Shown here one piece after another: positions 34,501-53,758 of a stretch of DNA of 64,000 nucleotides (its first letter is position 1; every line of letters starts with the position of its first letter). The stretch lies in the NCBI GenBank assembly GCA_002269645.1, contig NIVC01001558.1:62001-126000 (forward strand), in the 5' to 3' direction. This DNA is from Macrostomum lignano. Taxonomy: Eukaryota. Made by a program: the position numbers and the translations under genes. A model generated the notes under the pieces. The model saw only the letters and a list, made by a program, of their open reading frames with translations. It searched no databases and was not told where the DNA came from.

Positions 34501-36567
34501 AAAAAAGTATGCACTTTTCTATTGCAGCCAGTCAGCATTTTGTGGAGGCCTTCGGATTATCCGTCAGCGCAGCACAGCCAGCCTTGAGGCCCAATCTCCA
34601 AACCTTATCAAGTCATCACGCTTCTATCCTGCCTGGCTGAGAGAGGCTGCACACAGCGAGAGAGATGGAGAGACCTGGTAGCCTACCCCCCCCCCTACTC
34701 AGCGGCGTACAATTGAATTTCGCACTGTCACAATTCCGGAGTCAGTACAGAGGCAAATATTCCCAGATCATCTAACTCCTAACCGGCTCTCAACTCTGCT
34801 TCCATCCCCAAACCCCGGTATAAACTGTCAGTCAATGATCGGGCAGGCTATAGGACCCACCTGTTGACCAAGCAACAATGCCCCAACGGTCCGCTTCCAA
34901 CTCAGCCAAATGGCGCCTGTCATAACAGAAATGGTAGGAGAGCGGGGGAGTTAAAAAAACTAAGGCAGGAAGGCGTCAGTGGGAAAATGGATTAGCTAGC
35001 ATTTCAAACTGACGCTGGACAGCTCTATACAGTAGATGGCAGCATGATGGACACATGCGGAGTCTGGCTGTACTGGCGAGGCTGGACACGAAAAAATCCA
35101 ATAGCTGTACTTAACCCAGTGGTATAATGTTTCTGCAATTGCTGTTTTGAGATCGCTTCTCTATGCACTTGGCTAGATCAGCTGGCCTGAAGCCATTGGC
35201 GAGCTGAAAGGCTCAGCATCAGCACTAAGCGGATGTCGGCTTGCGATAAGGAAAAGAGAGGGACAGACGGATTCTTCGCATCTATACTGAAAATAAAAAA
35301 TTCCCTCAAAAAATTGTTGATGCACAAAATAGGCCGATTTTAAATAAGCCAGCCTACGTAAGAGCTTTCGAAATCGGCCTTAGATACAAAAAACGCAGGA
35401 AAAATAAAATCGAAACACATGCGACTGGGAAGGGGGGGGGGACAGGCTGCAGTCAAAGGCGCAGACGATTTGAATAGAGAGGCAAAGGCAAGGCAGAGAA
35501 TTAAAAAGCAATCAGAATTTTCTGACTCACTTGAATAAAGCCGAACCCAGCTGCGCCACAATTGACTGAATATTAAACTGTGACTTCCCATGCGCGTTTC
35601 TCCCGCCTCTCCCAAATAGGCCTTTTTTGTATGCACTGGATGTCGAACTCCGATTTCGGGACAAGCCCAGGGAGAATGACAGAAGAAGAAAATAATCTAT
35701 GTTTTGGCAAGCGGATAAAAACTCTGCTTGCTGCAAAAACTTGCTGTGTGCGCAAGCAGTTCAGCATTGAATAACAGAAATTCGGTACAACTGCTTGACG
35801 CCTGCCGGGAGGTGGGTGGGCCGAAAGCCACTCTCAAACCAGTGATTAAGAAACCTCCAGCAAGCAGCCTCTCTACAGCTATAGCTATGCACTCAATACT
35901 GGATAGCAAAAGGAAACGCTAAATTTGCGGACAAAAGCCGGAAAATACGTTAAAAAATGTTTCATTCAGCCAAGAGAAGCGAGGGCAGCAAAGCTAGGCG
36001 TTTGTTTGGGAACAGAATTTTTCTTTTTAGAACCCTTTGCGTAGAAAAGAAATGTTTTTATAATGATAAGAGGAAATTGCAAATCTATGTGACACTGTCT
36101 GATGATAAAATAGCAAGAGTTTCTATAAGCTTTCCGACTGCCCAAACGGTGACAATATTTCATAAATCATAGTTACTAGTACATAAAAATAAGGTTGGGC
36201 TATGGACATAGCTTTAAGAGCCATGCTATCTTAGCCTTATATAAGCCAAAATTGAAAATGCATGACTGAGCGAGGACTTCGTAAGTCACTTCCTAATCTT
36301 GATTAAGTCCTTGTGGCTGAGTCTGCTTGTCCTAGACTGAAATAGCATGGCTTTAGACATAAAAATTTAGTACTAGATTTTAATGCTCCAGAAGTATTTT
36401 TTATGGCCACACCTTTTATTTATCGGACTTAAAAAACACAAAAAGGTTAGCTCGGTTGGTTGTCCCTAGGCTGAGATATATTGACCAAACCTATATTATA
36501 AGATTCTTGACTTCCGTGTACCCTACCCTATGGCGGCATTTGGTATGGCAGGAGGTGGCGAATTATA

Positions 36568-37030
36568 GGAAAGGATGCCCGGAACGGGAAGTGGTCGAAC
36601 TCGTACAGGATATGGCAGGAAGTGGCAAATTCTAGGAAAGGATGCCCGGAAGTGGTCGAACTCGTACAGGATATGGCAGGAAGTGGCAAATTCTAGGAAA
36701 GGATGCCCGGAAGTGGTCGAACTCGTACAGGATATGGCAGGAAGTGGCAAATTCTAGGAAAGGATGCCCGGAAGTGGTCGAACTCGTACAGGATATGGCA
36801 GGAAGTGGCAAATTCTAGGAAAGGATGCCCGGAAGTGGTCGAACTCGTACAGGATATGGCAGGAAGTGGCAAATTCTAGGAAAGGATGCCCGGAAGTGGT
36901 CGAACTCGTACAGGATATGGCAGGAAGTGGCAAATTCTAGGAAAGGATGCCCGGAAGTGGTCGAACTCGTACAGGATATGGCAGGAAGTGGCAAATTCTA
37001 GGAAAGGATGCCCGGAACGGGAAGTGGTCG
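36568..37030. repeat. 61-bp tandem repeat, about 7 identical copies
   Basis: TCGTACAGG recurs at 36601, 36662, 36723, 36784, 36845, 36906 and 36967. Confidence 0.95.
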
Positions 37031-38133
37031 AAAGCGTCGAAAGAATTGCAGAAGATGGTAGATAGTAGATATAATAACAGAACTAATAGGCGACGACAGT
37101 GGAGAAATCTAAGAACTATTAGACGGCAATAGTGCACTACTAATGCAGCAGGAATACAGACAACAGATGTCAGGCGGAAGACAGTAGTAAGAATCAGTGA
37201 AGTACAACAAAGCCATACGGGATGCAGGATTAGAACAGTTGATGGTGATAAAAAAATGGCGCGCCAGCAGAGGGAGGAGTAGAAAAAATGATGTAGGAAA
37301 AGTGGAGAAAAGGCCAGCCGATGCTTTATGGCCCTTTAAGCCAGGTCAGTCGGACTGCGCATGGCCTGCTCCTGTCTGCCATGCAACGCAAGCTTGTCGT
37401 GCGCACACACGGACAGACAGAGAGAAGGCGTAGCCCACGCAGCAGCGACCGCCAGGAGCCGCAGACAGACTAAAAGTGAAGAAGCGAAGAAGATCGCAAA
37501 TAAGAGGGGGGGGGGATCAGGGGAGTTGGAGAGCACAGAGAGGCAGCTATGCACATGGGATCGGTGATTCTACTAAGACATTGGAAAAAAAATTTCCAGT
37601 TATAATGCTACCACGTACGCACTGAGCGTAGTGCAGCTGAACCGTTGCTAAAATTATATTACTTTAGTAAGCCAACTGGGGTAGTCATAAATATTGTTGC
37701 CAGGTTGTTAATCCATACCGCACTACCGGTATTTTACAATCTTCAGCTAAGCTGAACAACAATGGCAAAGATTTTTTCATCCAACGAGCTTCTTAATAGC
37801 TTCGAGTGCGATACATTATTAGCAGGCTGATTGACACCTGCTGATGGAGTGAAATATATTTGGTGACCTGAGACGCAATCAATTGATGTCAATGCGAAGC
37901 TTAAAAGCATTTTTATTATAGACCATGATGGGGGGCAAACGGCAACTTAAACCGAGGGACTCTGTGACATCCGCCAGCTTTTCGTTTTTCGAGGAGGCTC
38001 TTCCCCCTCCTTTTCGTTCTGGCCTGGCGTGGAAGCGGCTAGCTTCCTCGTCTTGGTCTGCTGGTGGGGGACGGATCCCCCCTGCTGCTTTTTTGCGGGG
38101 CAGGTGGCTGCTAAGTAGTTGGCTGCTGGCTAA

Positions 38134-43220
<5,087 letters not shown>

Positions 43221-46200
43221 TCCTTGTGCTCTTTTACCTTGGGGTTGCGATAGGGGCCTCGCGGCCTATTCGCGGCGCCTGCGCCCCCCGTCAGTAGTAA
43301 GTAAGTAAGTAAGTATAGACCATGATGAAAACAAAGCCAACCCTTATCAAAACGGAGAGCCTTGAAATACTCTATTGCTAGGAGCGCTAGCATCTGGATC
43401 AAACAAGCTCAATAGACCAAGAAACGAACATTCCTCCGCACTCACTTGTCAGCGCCTCATTATGCAGAGATCGCTGTGATTTATGCGCCCAGCCTACTGA
43501 CAGCAATAAGAAATTGAAACGCGCAGCAGAATTGGCCTCGACGTTGCGGAATCGCGGCAGTAAAAACAGGATGAGGAAGAGGAGGGGAACGGGAAAGGCG
43601 AAAGAACAGCAGAGTCGAGTGGGGAGAGAGTTATCAAATACGGAGCTGAAAAAGCACGCCGGGAGAAAATAGTATTGAAAGGGAGGGATGATTGAGGAGA
43701 GAGGGTGGAGCGAGAGAAAAGGAGGAAGGGAAGGAGTGAGCGCGAGCATAGCAAGCGCAGGGCGATGCATATATGGGATTTCTTGGCCCGATGCCAAAAA
43801 ATGCTCGACAGGCAGACCGGATAAGCGCATTGAATTCTAGCATTTAGTGTGGCAGAGAAGCTGCAGCAGATTACAGATAGCTACTCACTTTAGTTGAGCA
43901 CCGTCTCCAAACGGAATAAACAGTTAGATGTCAATTAGAATACGCGGAACCGATATGTTTATCAGTAAACAATGACCTTAGTGTTCAGTATAAGCAGTTT
44001 GCATCACAGACTTGTGCCAACCTCTGTCGCGGCTGCTTTACATAAATGAATTTTTAAAGTGTCAGAAGCCGCAGGTTTTTTAATTGTGTAAATCTAACTA
44101 ACGAGTTTCGAGATCCGCTCAATTCCGCAAAGAAACGTTAATGCCGAGAGAAGACAGTCAAGCCAGCTGTTGCACGTGTTAAGAAGCGCACAGTAGAGGA
44201 CGCAGATTTAACACAATAAATAGACAGGGCAGTACTATTATTGTAGTGGGTTAGCAGGGCGCAGTAGCCTTACGCTACGCTTTATAAGCGCCCTTATATG
44301 CGCTATCTCATTGGGAATGGGAAGGAACCAAGAGAGTCTGTTCTTCCTGACTGGCTGCGGGGTGGAGACCAGGCGAATGCACAGACCCCGGGATTGGGCG
44401 AATCGCCTGGACTGAGCAAGTAGAAGCTGGGAGAGAGAACTGGGAGAGGGCGGGAGGGGAGAGAAATTCACAGGGGAGAGTTCAGGCCAGAATGGCCAAA
44501 ATTAGCCAGAGCGGAATGCCCCGAAGCAAAGAAGCCAATGACGATATGCCGGGAGAGTCTAAAAATAGCCTTCGGATTTAGTGGACTATATGCACTGTGG
44601 TGGCCCCTGTAGCCACTGACTGGGAGGGGGAATTCCAAAGCAGCACGAAATAACAAGCTGATTTTAATCGGATTGAATCTTTAAGATTCGTGAAAGAAAT
44701 CGGAATTACAGTGCCTAGTTACGGGGACGATCTCATGCACACTATAGCGCAGGACTATCCTGATTATCCCTCTGTGACTTTGTGAGGAAGGTACTCACTC
44801 AGGGTGTAGGTTTGCAGATTAGATTTTCTAATACATAAGATAGAGTACAATGCCTGTCAGGACACTGTCTATTAGCAACATTTTTCGACGCACAAAAGAC
44901 AGCAAGAAACCGCTTGTTTCACATAGCGGCTATACATCCTATGCAGCAAGCGGGAGGCGAGTAGTTCAAACAAGGACACGGTTGAGCATCTAACACTAAC
45001 ACGCTCATTAGCTGATAGTCCATTCACTGGCTTTCCCCATGTTTTACCTGCTAAAACGATGCTATTACTGCAAGACTAGCATAAGATGCTTCATAAATCC
45101 CAGTACAGGTCCCGAACAGAACCGTAGAAAGGCACGAACTTTTGCAGAAAGGACTCAAATTTCTTAATAAATAATTCACAGCTCAAGCTCAACTATTGCG
45201 CAGCTTATTAGATTTATAATTCTAATGCACAAGCCCATATCAAATCCATCTTTGTGAAGATGAAAACACAGCAAAACGAACCAGTGTTTTAGGTTGCTAT
45301 GCGTAGTTGCCATGCAATCCATAATTTGCACTTTGTATTTTATGAATATATTATTGAGTTCCATATTGACACAGACAGGTAGAATTATCTCACGCCTTTC
45401 ATTTTTTTAACTTTATTCCTTCCCCTTTTCCGAAAGTAAAATTGTAAGCGTGCGCGACGTGAAAGGCAGAGAGAATTTGCGATAGTGCTGGATTCAGACC
45501 TCAATCGGAAAGTGGAATAGGAAGCTTCAACTTTTTGACGCGACATTCCCGGCTTGTGCCACGCAGTGGAAACCCTAGTGTCTGACAATTGTCAGTCCCT
45601 CACACCGTTCCGTTGGCGAGTGGGAGAAAAAAGTGAAAGGAAATTAGCTCTTCTCGCTCACACTCCCACTCAACTCTGCTGCATTTCCTACGCGTGAATT
45701 TTCGACCGGCTCCTTAACACGCCGCAGCCCTCCTAACCCACAAATCCCCGATGACTCATCCCGGCTCACAAAATGCCGGCCTGACCCAATATCGCCTCGG
45801 GTTGTCGCGATCTCCCCAACACAGTAGCTTACAAGCAAGAAGGCAAGACTGAACTGTCATTCAAAATCGAATTCGATTCGAGATTGCATTGCAATAGCTC
45901 GCAAAGGCTAACGGAAAAATGCAAAAAAGCAGCTGACCAGCACCCGAGGCGAATGCGGCTTACGATTCAACTTCAAAGAGGCGAACTTTCCAGAGCGGAA
46001 ACGCAGCTGATTCAACAAGGAAGTTGAACCAATCCCTACTCTGCAGACTATTAGCTCATTCATGCAGTTTACACGCACAGGTGTGGCCACAGACCCGATG
46101 CAGCAGCAGCAGCTGTTTAAGCATTACTGGCCTTCCGGGCGTCAAAAATGCTATGCGTATCATTTGAACCCGCCAGAACCAACTGCTAGCAGGACTGTGT

Positions 46201-49200
46201 GGGAAAGTTCTACTTGGCTTGGTTAGAAACTAGCTTACTCATTTACTCGGCAGTATACGCGGTGTAAGCACTGGTATAATAAACTTGGCACTATTTGTTC
46301 ACCACAGGAACAACAAAAACTGACACAATAAATTCAAGCCGTACCATCCGACCCCTAGTTGACTTCGTATAAAACAGACAGAAAGAAAAATGTCAAGGGC
46401 CGTGACCCGAAGCCACTCTAGATAGGCTCTAGCAGATGCCGATGTCCTCATTTTCAAACGACTTTTTTCTAAAAGAAAAGGTAAAAACGGCTACGGTGGC
46501 CATTCGAGCGAGACGACGCGGCAAAGTCCCGGGATTCCAAAAGCCTTCGCTCAAAGCTGCCACTCCGCCGGGCGTGCCAGCCCTTTCAGTTCAGCTTGAA
46601 GAAATTTTTTTCGGTCCGAATGCCACCCAAAGAGAATTTTTCTCGGCTCGAAAATCTAGTCTAGCAACCCACTAAGCAACAGGCACGCAAGCTTATTACT
46701 GGGCGGGCTCGGCCCTACCAGCCCGTGCGCAGTGCAGATAGCGCAGCACGGTCTAAGCGTTTTAAAACTCGGAATATGTTTACGTTTCCCGCAGGCCTGG
46801 ATGAGAGGAAAGTGGAGCTTCAACTTCCAGTAGGCAGCAGGTACCATTGCTGCTTCACAAAGCTGAGAGCTGAAGCGGAGGCTTTGGAAATCCTTCTCGA
46901 GTGCAGCCAAGAGGAAAGAAAAACTGATTTGAAATCTCCGCCTCTTGAACTGTCTCTCCGCCTTGGTGTCGGGTCTTAGCGATGTCAATCGAACAAAAAC
47001 TCCGTGTGTGACGCAAAGTTTTCGTTACGTAATCAAGCACAAGGATTAGCGATTTGTATGCAGAAGGCAGCGGAAACTCGGAATTGAATTGTCAAGGATG
47101 CCAAGGTTCCTAGTAGTCCGATTTTCAGCTGCCGAAACAGCTGACAGAAGTGGCGAGTTATGCAGAAAATTAGTGAAATTGAAATGACGTTCGGCTGTAA
47201 TTTCCCACCTTCCAGCTAGACAGCACGGGATAATCTAATTTAATCAAAACTTCCCCTTTTTGATAATGAAAAACCTATTAATCAAACTACCTACAAAGAT
47301 TGATGATAATACAAGATGCATTAGGCGCATTGGATGGGCTAGCTAGCATGTTGGGTTTGCATGTAACTGAATTTCAATAAATCAAATGCATTCAAAAGCT
47401 GACAGTAAACATTGCAGCAGAGTATAGAATTATCTGCTCTGCCGAATGTGGAATAATAACATGCTTGGCATTAACACTAAGCCAGCCAGTCTATACAAGT
47501 AGACAAGTTGACAATCATAGTCGCGAGTATAACGAATAAGCAGGCTGGTTAATGTGCGCATAAATTATTGTTGGTCAAAACCATAAAAGAAATAGAGGAC
47601 TATTGAAATGAATCAAATATCTTCTATGCAAGCTATCAGACTGAAAGTTAAAATCAAAATAGATAGCTGGCTCGCAGTTCCTTATGGTGATATGGTGATA
47701 AAGAGAAGATCCAGTCATAAAATATCGCTATATCGAATAATACTGCTCATATAATACATACAAACTTACAAATATCCTTACTCATAGAATACTACTATAT
47801 ACAGCTTGTCCTCAGCGCGACCTCAGCAGCAGGAGAGTAAGACCAAAGCAAAGTAAGCAAATGGGAGATTGATTGCGCAATCAGTGTGAGGAAACTATTC
47901 ACTGCTGCATTCCTCGAATTTCCTGCAGCACACCGCAGCGCCGGCTACCCTCAAGGCAAAAGAGCAATCGAGCTACAAGCATACCCTAGAGATGCGACTT
48001 CTGCCGGGAAGATTAGCACGAAGAGCAGGAGAACTGACATCAGGAAGTGACCGAATATATTCGACTAGTCCTAGTCTCATTCGGATTATTCGCTGCGCTG
48101 CTTCTGGGAAGAATTTAGAGACTTTTCCCAGCATAAACATGCAGATCCAGAAGTGTATGACGACCTGTATAAGATTATCTTTACATCTTCTCGAAATTTC
48201 TCCTGAGGACTGTCCCTATATACAATCAAACCCTGTCTGCCCTTACATTCTTTTCTAACTGAGTTTCTCTCTGGAACAGCATTTTCGATACATATCGTCA
48301 AATCCAAGACGACGAATGTAATTCATAAGAGAAACGGAGTCCATATATTGCTTATAATATGTATTCGTACCTGTAGAACATTTGTTGGCAATCTCTTATT
48401 TTTGCACCTGGCCGCTTGGCACACACAGCTACTAATCTGTATAATATACACAGTAAGCATGTTGGAGAATCAGTACAGTTTGGCAGTCTGCCAAAAAGAG
48501 GCGGGGCCGGGGGCGAGGCGCTGCATAAACGGTTTCAAAGGTTTCTGTTACATCTATACTAGGTAATAGAAGGTGGCTAAGCTCTCCACCGTGCTGTGTA
48601 TAGAGCCGGCATATTTGAGAGTCATTCACTTCCAAATATAGCAATAAATTTTCTTTTCATTCATCATTGGCAAAGAAATGTATTAAATAATCAGTTTATA
48701 CGGCTAGTTTTTAGCTATATAATAAAGTGCACAGAGTTAGCGGTCGCCATAAAGCTAAGCCAATCTACCACACGCGCCTGACAATAAAAGGTCTTAATGA
48801 ATTTTCCAGCGGCTAGATAGATATTAAAGCCGAAATAAAAATGTCAAACAAACGGATAGAAACCATAAATGACTTGGGGAGTCGCAGGCTTCACACTGGG
48901 CCGGCACGAAAATTCCTCTAGTAAAACTCGACTGAAGGCAAACACACCTCGAGATTGATGAAGCGAAAAAAAATCTCATCAATCTAAGGAAGCCCCGTCA
49001 ACTTTCGAGTTGTTCGAATCGATCTAATGCGTAAAATGATGACCCCGAGACTGACCTCTTAAGCCTATAGTTATTGACCGAGCTGTCAGAATTTGGAGAT
49101 TCTATTTTTACCTCATCTGACCTCCACTCACACCCTAAAGCAGCGTTTTTCTCTCAGGTGAAGATTCAATTCGCCGCAAACATCGACCCCAAACAGAATA

Positions 49201-49862
49201 TCTGCAGTAGCTGAAGACGCAGTACGCGGCAGGTGCAAAAAGTCTAGCGAGGGAATAATAAAAAGAATTAATTAGCAAGCTAGCCAGCAATTAAATCTAA
49301 GAAGCTGAATATTTAGGCTCACCCTACGGCATAAACCAATGCATTGAGTGGTCATCGAATTGTTTCGCGCTAAGCGCCCCCAGCTTTTTTTGTAAAGCAA
49401 GAGCCAATAAAGCCAAGGGAGAATATTCTGCAAGACTAGAAGGAACAAATTGTAAGCCGGATAATCCCAACTATGGGAATCCATCTATAACATTCATACT
49501 TCTGCATATATACTCTTCATTCAGAATCCCACCGCTCCGTAAGGCATATATTTGGCATCGGGGCATATTTCAAGTCAGATAAATCCCGGCGCAGTTGGGG
49601 GCTGGCAACACAAACATTGCGCGGCAGGTGCTTGGAATAGCCGCAACAGGCAGGCAGATAAAAACAGGCAAACTGGCTGTTGCATATAAAACTGCAAAGA
49701 AAAATCCCTAGGCAGATATTGGGAGAACTGCATAGAGAGAAAATCTGGGTCAAGCCAGGTCAAATCACGCGGATAGGAAAGATTAATTTTAATTTCTAAT
49801 ATACTCAGCAACAGCTAAACCTCCCCCCAACTGAGCAATGTTTTTATTGCTTGCTTTTTATT

Positions 49863-50160
49863 CCTAGTGGTTAGAGCGTCGGATTCACGACTTGAAGGTC
49901 GGGGGTTCGATTCTCGACCCACTGGAACAATTTGTGTCCTTGAGCAAGACACTTAACTCTGCATTGCTTCAGTTCACCCAGCTGTAAAATGGGTGCCAGT
50001 ATTAGCTGGGGTAATTGAGGGCATGTGTGGCGACCCCCCAGTCCTTGGACTGAACAGCCGTACGCAGCCTTCAGATGCGCCGCGCAATAGCTGCGGCTGA
50101 GCTTTCGGTTGCACATCTGCCGATTGGGGCAGGTGTAATCAGTTATTAATATTAATATTA
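49863..50160 (+). mobile_element. tRNA-derived SINE family B (CORE-like)
   Basis: A box TAGTGGTTAGAG, B box GGTTCGATTC, CORE-like body at 49933-50010, AT-rich tail. Confidence 0.85.
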
Positions 50161-50174
50161 TGTAGGAACAGTGA

Positions 50175-50275
50175 GAACACTCGCCGTGACATCCTGATCA
50201 CAAACCGGTTGATCAGCTCTTCAGGCAGCTGCTGCCAGAAGGCATTCAGGACCGCCAGTTGCAACTGTTTAGCAA
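50175..50275 (-). pseudogene. possible Tc1/mariner transposase C-terminal remnant
   Basis: Translates QLQLAVLNAFWQQLPEELINRFVIRMSRRV, resembling the Tc1 C-terminal pattern L..A....W..IP.E.I..LV.SM.RR. No TIR or DDE region found. Confidence 0.3.
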
Positions 50276-50334
50276 CTGAATGCTATCTGAATAAAAGCAT
50301 TCAATTGTCTGAGAGTTGGATGTGAAAGCTTATG

Positions 50335-50415
50335 GGGGGAATTGCTGAGATGTCAAGGCTTATGAGGGGAATTGCAGAGACGGCAAAGCTTACGGAGGGA
50401 ATTGCTGGATGTCAA
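50335..50415. repeat. degenerate about 30-bp repeat (GGGAATTGCTGAGATGTCAAGGCTTA), related to 60795-60958
   Basis: Shared AATTGCTGAGATGTCAAG core at both loci. Confidence 0.65.
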
Positions 50416-53400
50416 TGCTGAGAGATCAAAACCTACAAGTATTTTACTTAAAAAAATAATTTCATTTTTTGTTGGCTAACCAAACGGGGGCGGCTCTGAT
50501 TGCTAGTTTGAAAACTAAAAATTCATGTATTTTTGCGGTAAACAATGGCCTCAAGCATCGATCTCCAAATAGATCGCGCATTCCTAATCATCCCTGACAG
50601 ACCATCCGGACTTTTAACACGCTGAATGATGCCCGAGTGCAAAGTTTTTTTTTCTTCAGTTTTTTTACGCGAAGCGACTTAGATCGTTGGCACGCGAAAT
50701 GAAAAGATACAAAATATAAATAAATGAATGTTGAGTATCGAGATCCCTGATTGAGTCAGCTTTTTATATCGGGTAGGATAATGGCACAAATGGCACGATG
50801 TATCAAAATAAAGCAAAATAAAGCCAAATTTTAAAGCAGCATATTTTCAAACAGACAGGTGACTGAAAGGGTGGCGATTGCTGACGCAACCTACAGCAAA
50901 CAAAGTAGACCCTTAAATTACTAGGCTAAATGTAAGGGTAAACAAGACTAAAAACGCCAAACGATGACGCATACTATAGACGACACACGTATATATAGTA
51001 GCCAAAGAGGAAACAGTCATATATAATCAGCAATATTATCAAAGTGAGAAATCCGATATAGCCATACGATGCATACAGTTGGAGAGAAGTTCCACTGACT
51101 AAAATTTCAACAAAAAATTCCAAACAAGAAGCAAGTCGACGCTGTGACGCAATCGTGAGCACACACGCGGGGGGCGCCGGTGGCTAGATTAGATAAAGTA
51201 AAATAAAATGGCTTAGCAATGCGGGGCGCAGAGAAATCAAACTAAAATATAACGAGGCTCTTGGGCTTGGCAATCAGAGGGCACGCATGCTACTCGCACC
51301 AGCCTACCAGCAGCTCAAATACAGGAAAGCTCCAGACTCCCTATCTGCATATGCAGGCTAGACTGAGCAAAGTGAGTCAAAGAAGGACAGCGCTGACTCG
51401 ATGGGAAAGAGCGGACTTGGGAAAGAAAGGCCGGGCCTGAGAGCGGCAAGCTGGCGGCGGGCGAGATGGGAATATATGGCCGCCCCGAGTCAGCGCTCCC
51501 AAGGCGCTTGGTAACAGGGGAATTGGGTGGCGGGGGAGGGGGAATGAGTCACGCATGCGGCGCAGGAGAAGCAACGGAGTCCAAATTCGGGTTGGCGTTG
51601 CCAGTTGCATCTTATGCTCTTTCAATAACTAATTTACCGACTCAAAGAAGCAGCAGCGCTCGACAGGGATGCGTCAGATAGCAGAACTACAGATTGGGAA
51701 CATATATGAGCTAATATACGTGTTGCTTAGCTTATTCAACCCATGCTTCGACGATTGTTCATGCTCAAAACCGTGTATGGATAGAGCATTAAATTCAGAC
51801 TTTGTCAGAGCCATTAGACAAAATTTTGTGTTTTTTGTGACGCAGAACAAGTCTGCAACTGCAACTGTGACTAAACTGTCAGAACACATGTGGTGCTCAA
51901 TTAGATGTTCGCAGCGTTACAGGAAACGCACTGTGTGAGCAAACCGGACTGCACTCTTAGCAACCGTGATGACATCCACGCCTGACTCCATGGAACAATT
52001 CTGTAGATTGATTTCGTCTGGTGGACTCTCCAACTCCATGAGTTGTCTGAATTATGACTGCTCTGTGTCTTAAATTCAATGCTCTGCCTCTGCCTGTGGC
52101 ACAGACCATAGACGGTGTTTTGACCATAGACGAAAGTAAAGACATTGGTTGAATATGATTGGCAGTGCCGTAAAATGAATGCTCCATTTTCAATAAAGAT
52201 TTATATTTACAATACGGTATGGCCATACGGTCGTCGTCGCTCCGCACAACGCTGCATTTGTTTTGAGACTTTTGTTGTTTGCTGCTGTCACTTAATACAC
52301 AATAACATAGTAGGCATCATGGCACAGAGTAACTCAGCGGTAAACGCGCCTAAATCTCGCGCTACGATTTCTAGTTTGTTTCCGTGCGCTTAATTCAGGG
52401 CTTGTGTGTACGAGTGCGTGTCTGTATTTGCTCAAGAGTCAGCGGAATGAGCAGGTTGTGGGACGATGTCGCTAAAAAGCGTAGCGACAAACCAAACCCC
52501 TCATGCAATGATGATTATTATCGTACTATTGTACGCCTTGCCATGTACAACCTTGAACCTTACAACCTATTGTACAACCTTGAACATTATTGTACTAACC
52601 ATCATTGAATTATATTTCAAGAATCCTATGAATGACTTAATCTCTTTATCTGAAGTACTTTACAAGTTGGCGCATTTGTTGCATAGAGCTGTCGGACAAT
52701 AAAAAGGGCAGAAGCAGGAATTAGTGACACAGATAATACCTTCACACCCTGCTAGTTAAGAAACAGCATCCATGCTTTTGTCCTTCTTGGAGACTTAATG
52801 CGAGAACAGCGTTGAAAAGTTTAAGAACTGTATGTAAAAGCTGTCAGCCAGCTGACAGTAGGTCTAGCAAGCAAGAATTAGGCAGCATTCTGGACGGCTG
52901 CAACAGACGTACGCAAGCGCAGATACATAGGAAAGCAGCTGATAGGCAATACCGAAAGATCGCGATGCAAGCGGAGGAACACTGTTGGAAGAGAGGGCCA
53001 TCTCGCTAAAGAACAAAAACGCATGCAGGCCCTGCAGCGTGTCTAGGATCCGTGTGTATTAGCCTTTACCAGCCCCAATGTTTGCGTTCGCAAAGCTAAA
53101 CCGTAGAAATTGTACAAACCTAACGGTTGGAATTGCAACGGATGAATGCGCACTATGAACACAGAGTGGGCCAGCCAGCTATGAACTGACAGACTAAGAA
53201 AATCATGATGCTTCTAAAGGCCATGCTTGTGTTTCAGTCGCAGTTCGACAAGGTTTCAATTCGCTAAAAAGTGCATTGTGCTCGTATTATTTTTGTCCGC
53301 AATATTCAAACAGCTATGGGATGTCACAAGTGGACCAAAAAATGATTGGCTCGCCATGGCTAGAGCTAATGACTACAGCAGGAGTAAACTCGCCGCTATC

Positions 53401-53758
53401 TGACCTATGCATTTTTTATCCATTGCCTTCCCGTGCTGTGCCTCAGCTCTGCCCACTGGCTTAGACAATGATGCATGGATACCACACCCTCAGTGCAGGG
53501 ATGATTCCCCTCGCCCCAACCGCCTTCTCTCCTTGCAGAGCCGTTGCAACCCTTCAACCTGCAATTAGTGGGGTAACATGGGGCTGGGAAATGGGCGAAA
53601 GCCAGGAGCAAGTTTCTGCGCGGGATCAGGCGCCCCTAGATGCGTATACCGAACGCAACCAAGGTTCAAGTTCTTCCCAAGCAGATATCAGGCCTCCCAG
53701 TCCAAGCCAAAATCATGCCAGATCATCTTGTCAGTTGCTTTGGCACAATAATTCTTAC

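Noticed and set aside
43221-43313. The LOA-like LINE as partner of SINE A or B
   Set aside because: The LINE 3' end shares no visible sequence with either SINE tail, and the tails differ ((TAAG)n versus AT-rich).
44560-44640. PBS-like TGGTGGCCCCTGTAG suggesting an LTR element
   Set aside because: No adjoining TG..CA LTR, second LTR or gag/pol sequence found.
49863-49925. tRNA gene calls for the SINE heads (also 17010-17075 and 57869-57935)
   Set aside because: A and B boxes are present, but the acceptor stems are not closed and each head continues into a shared repeat body.
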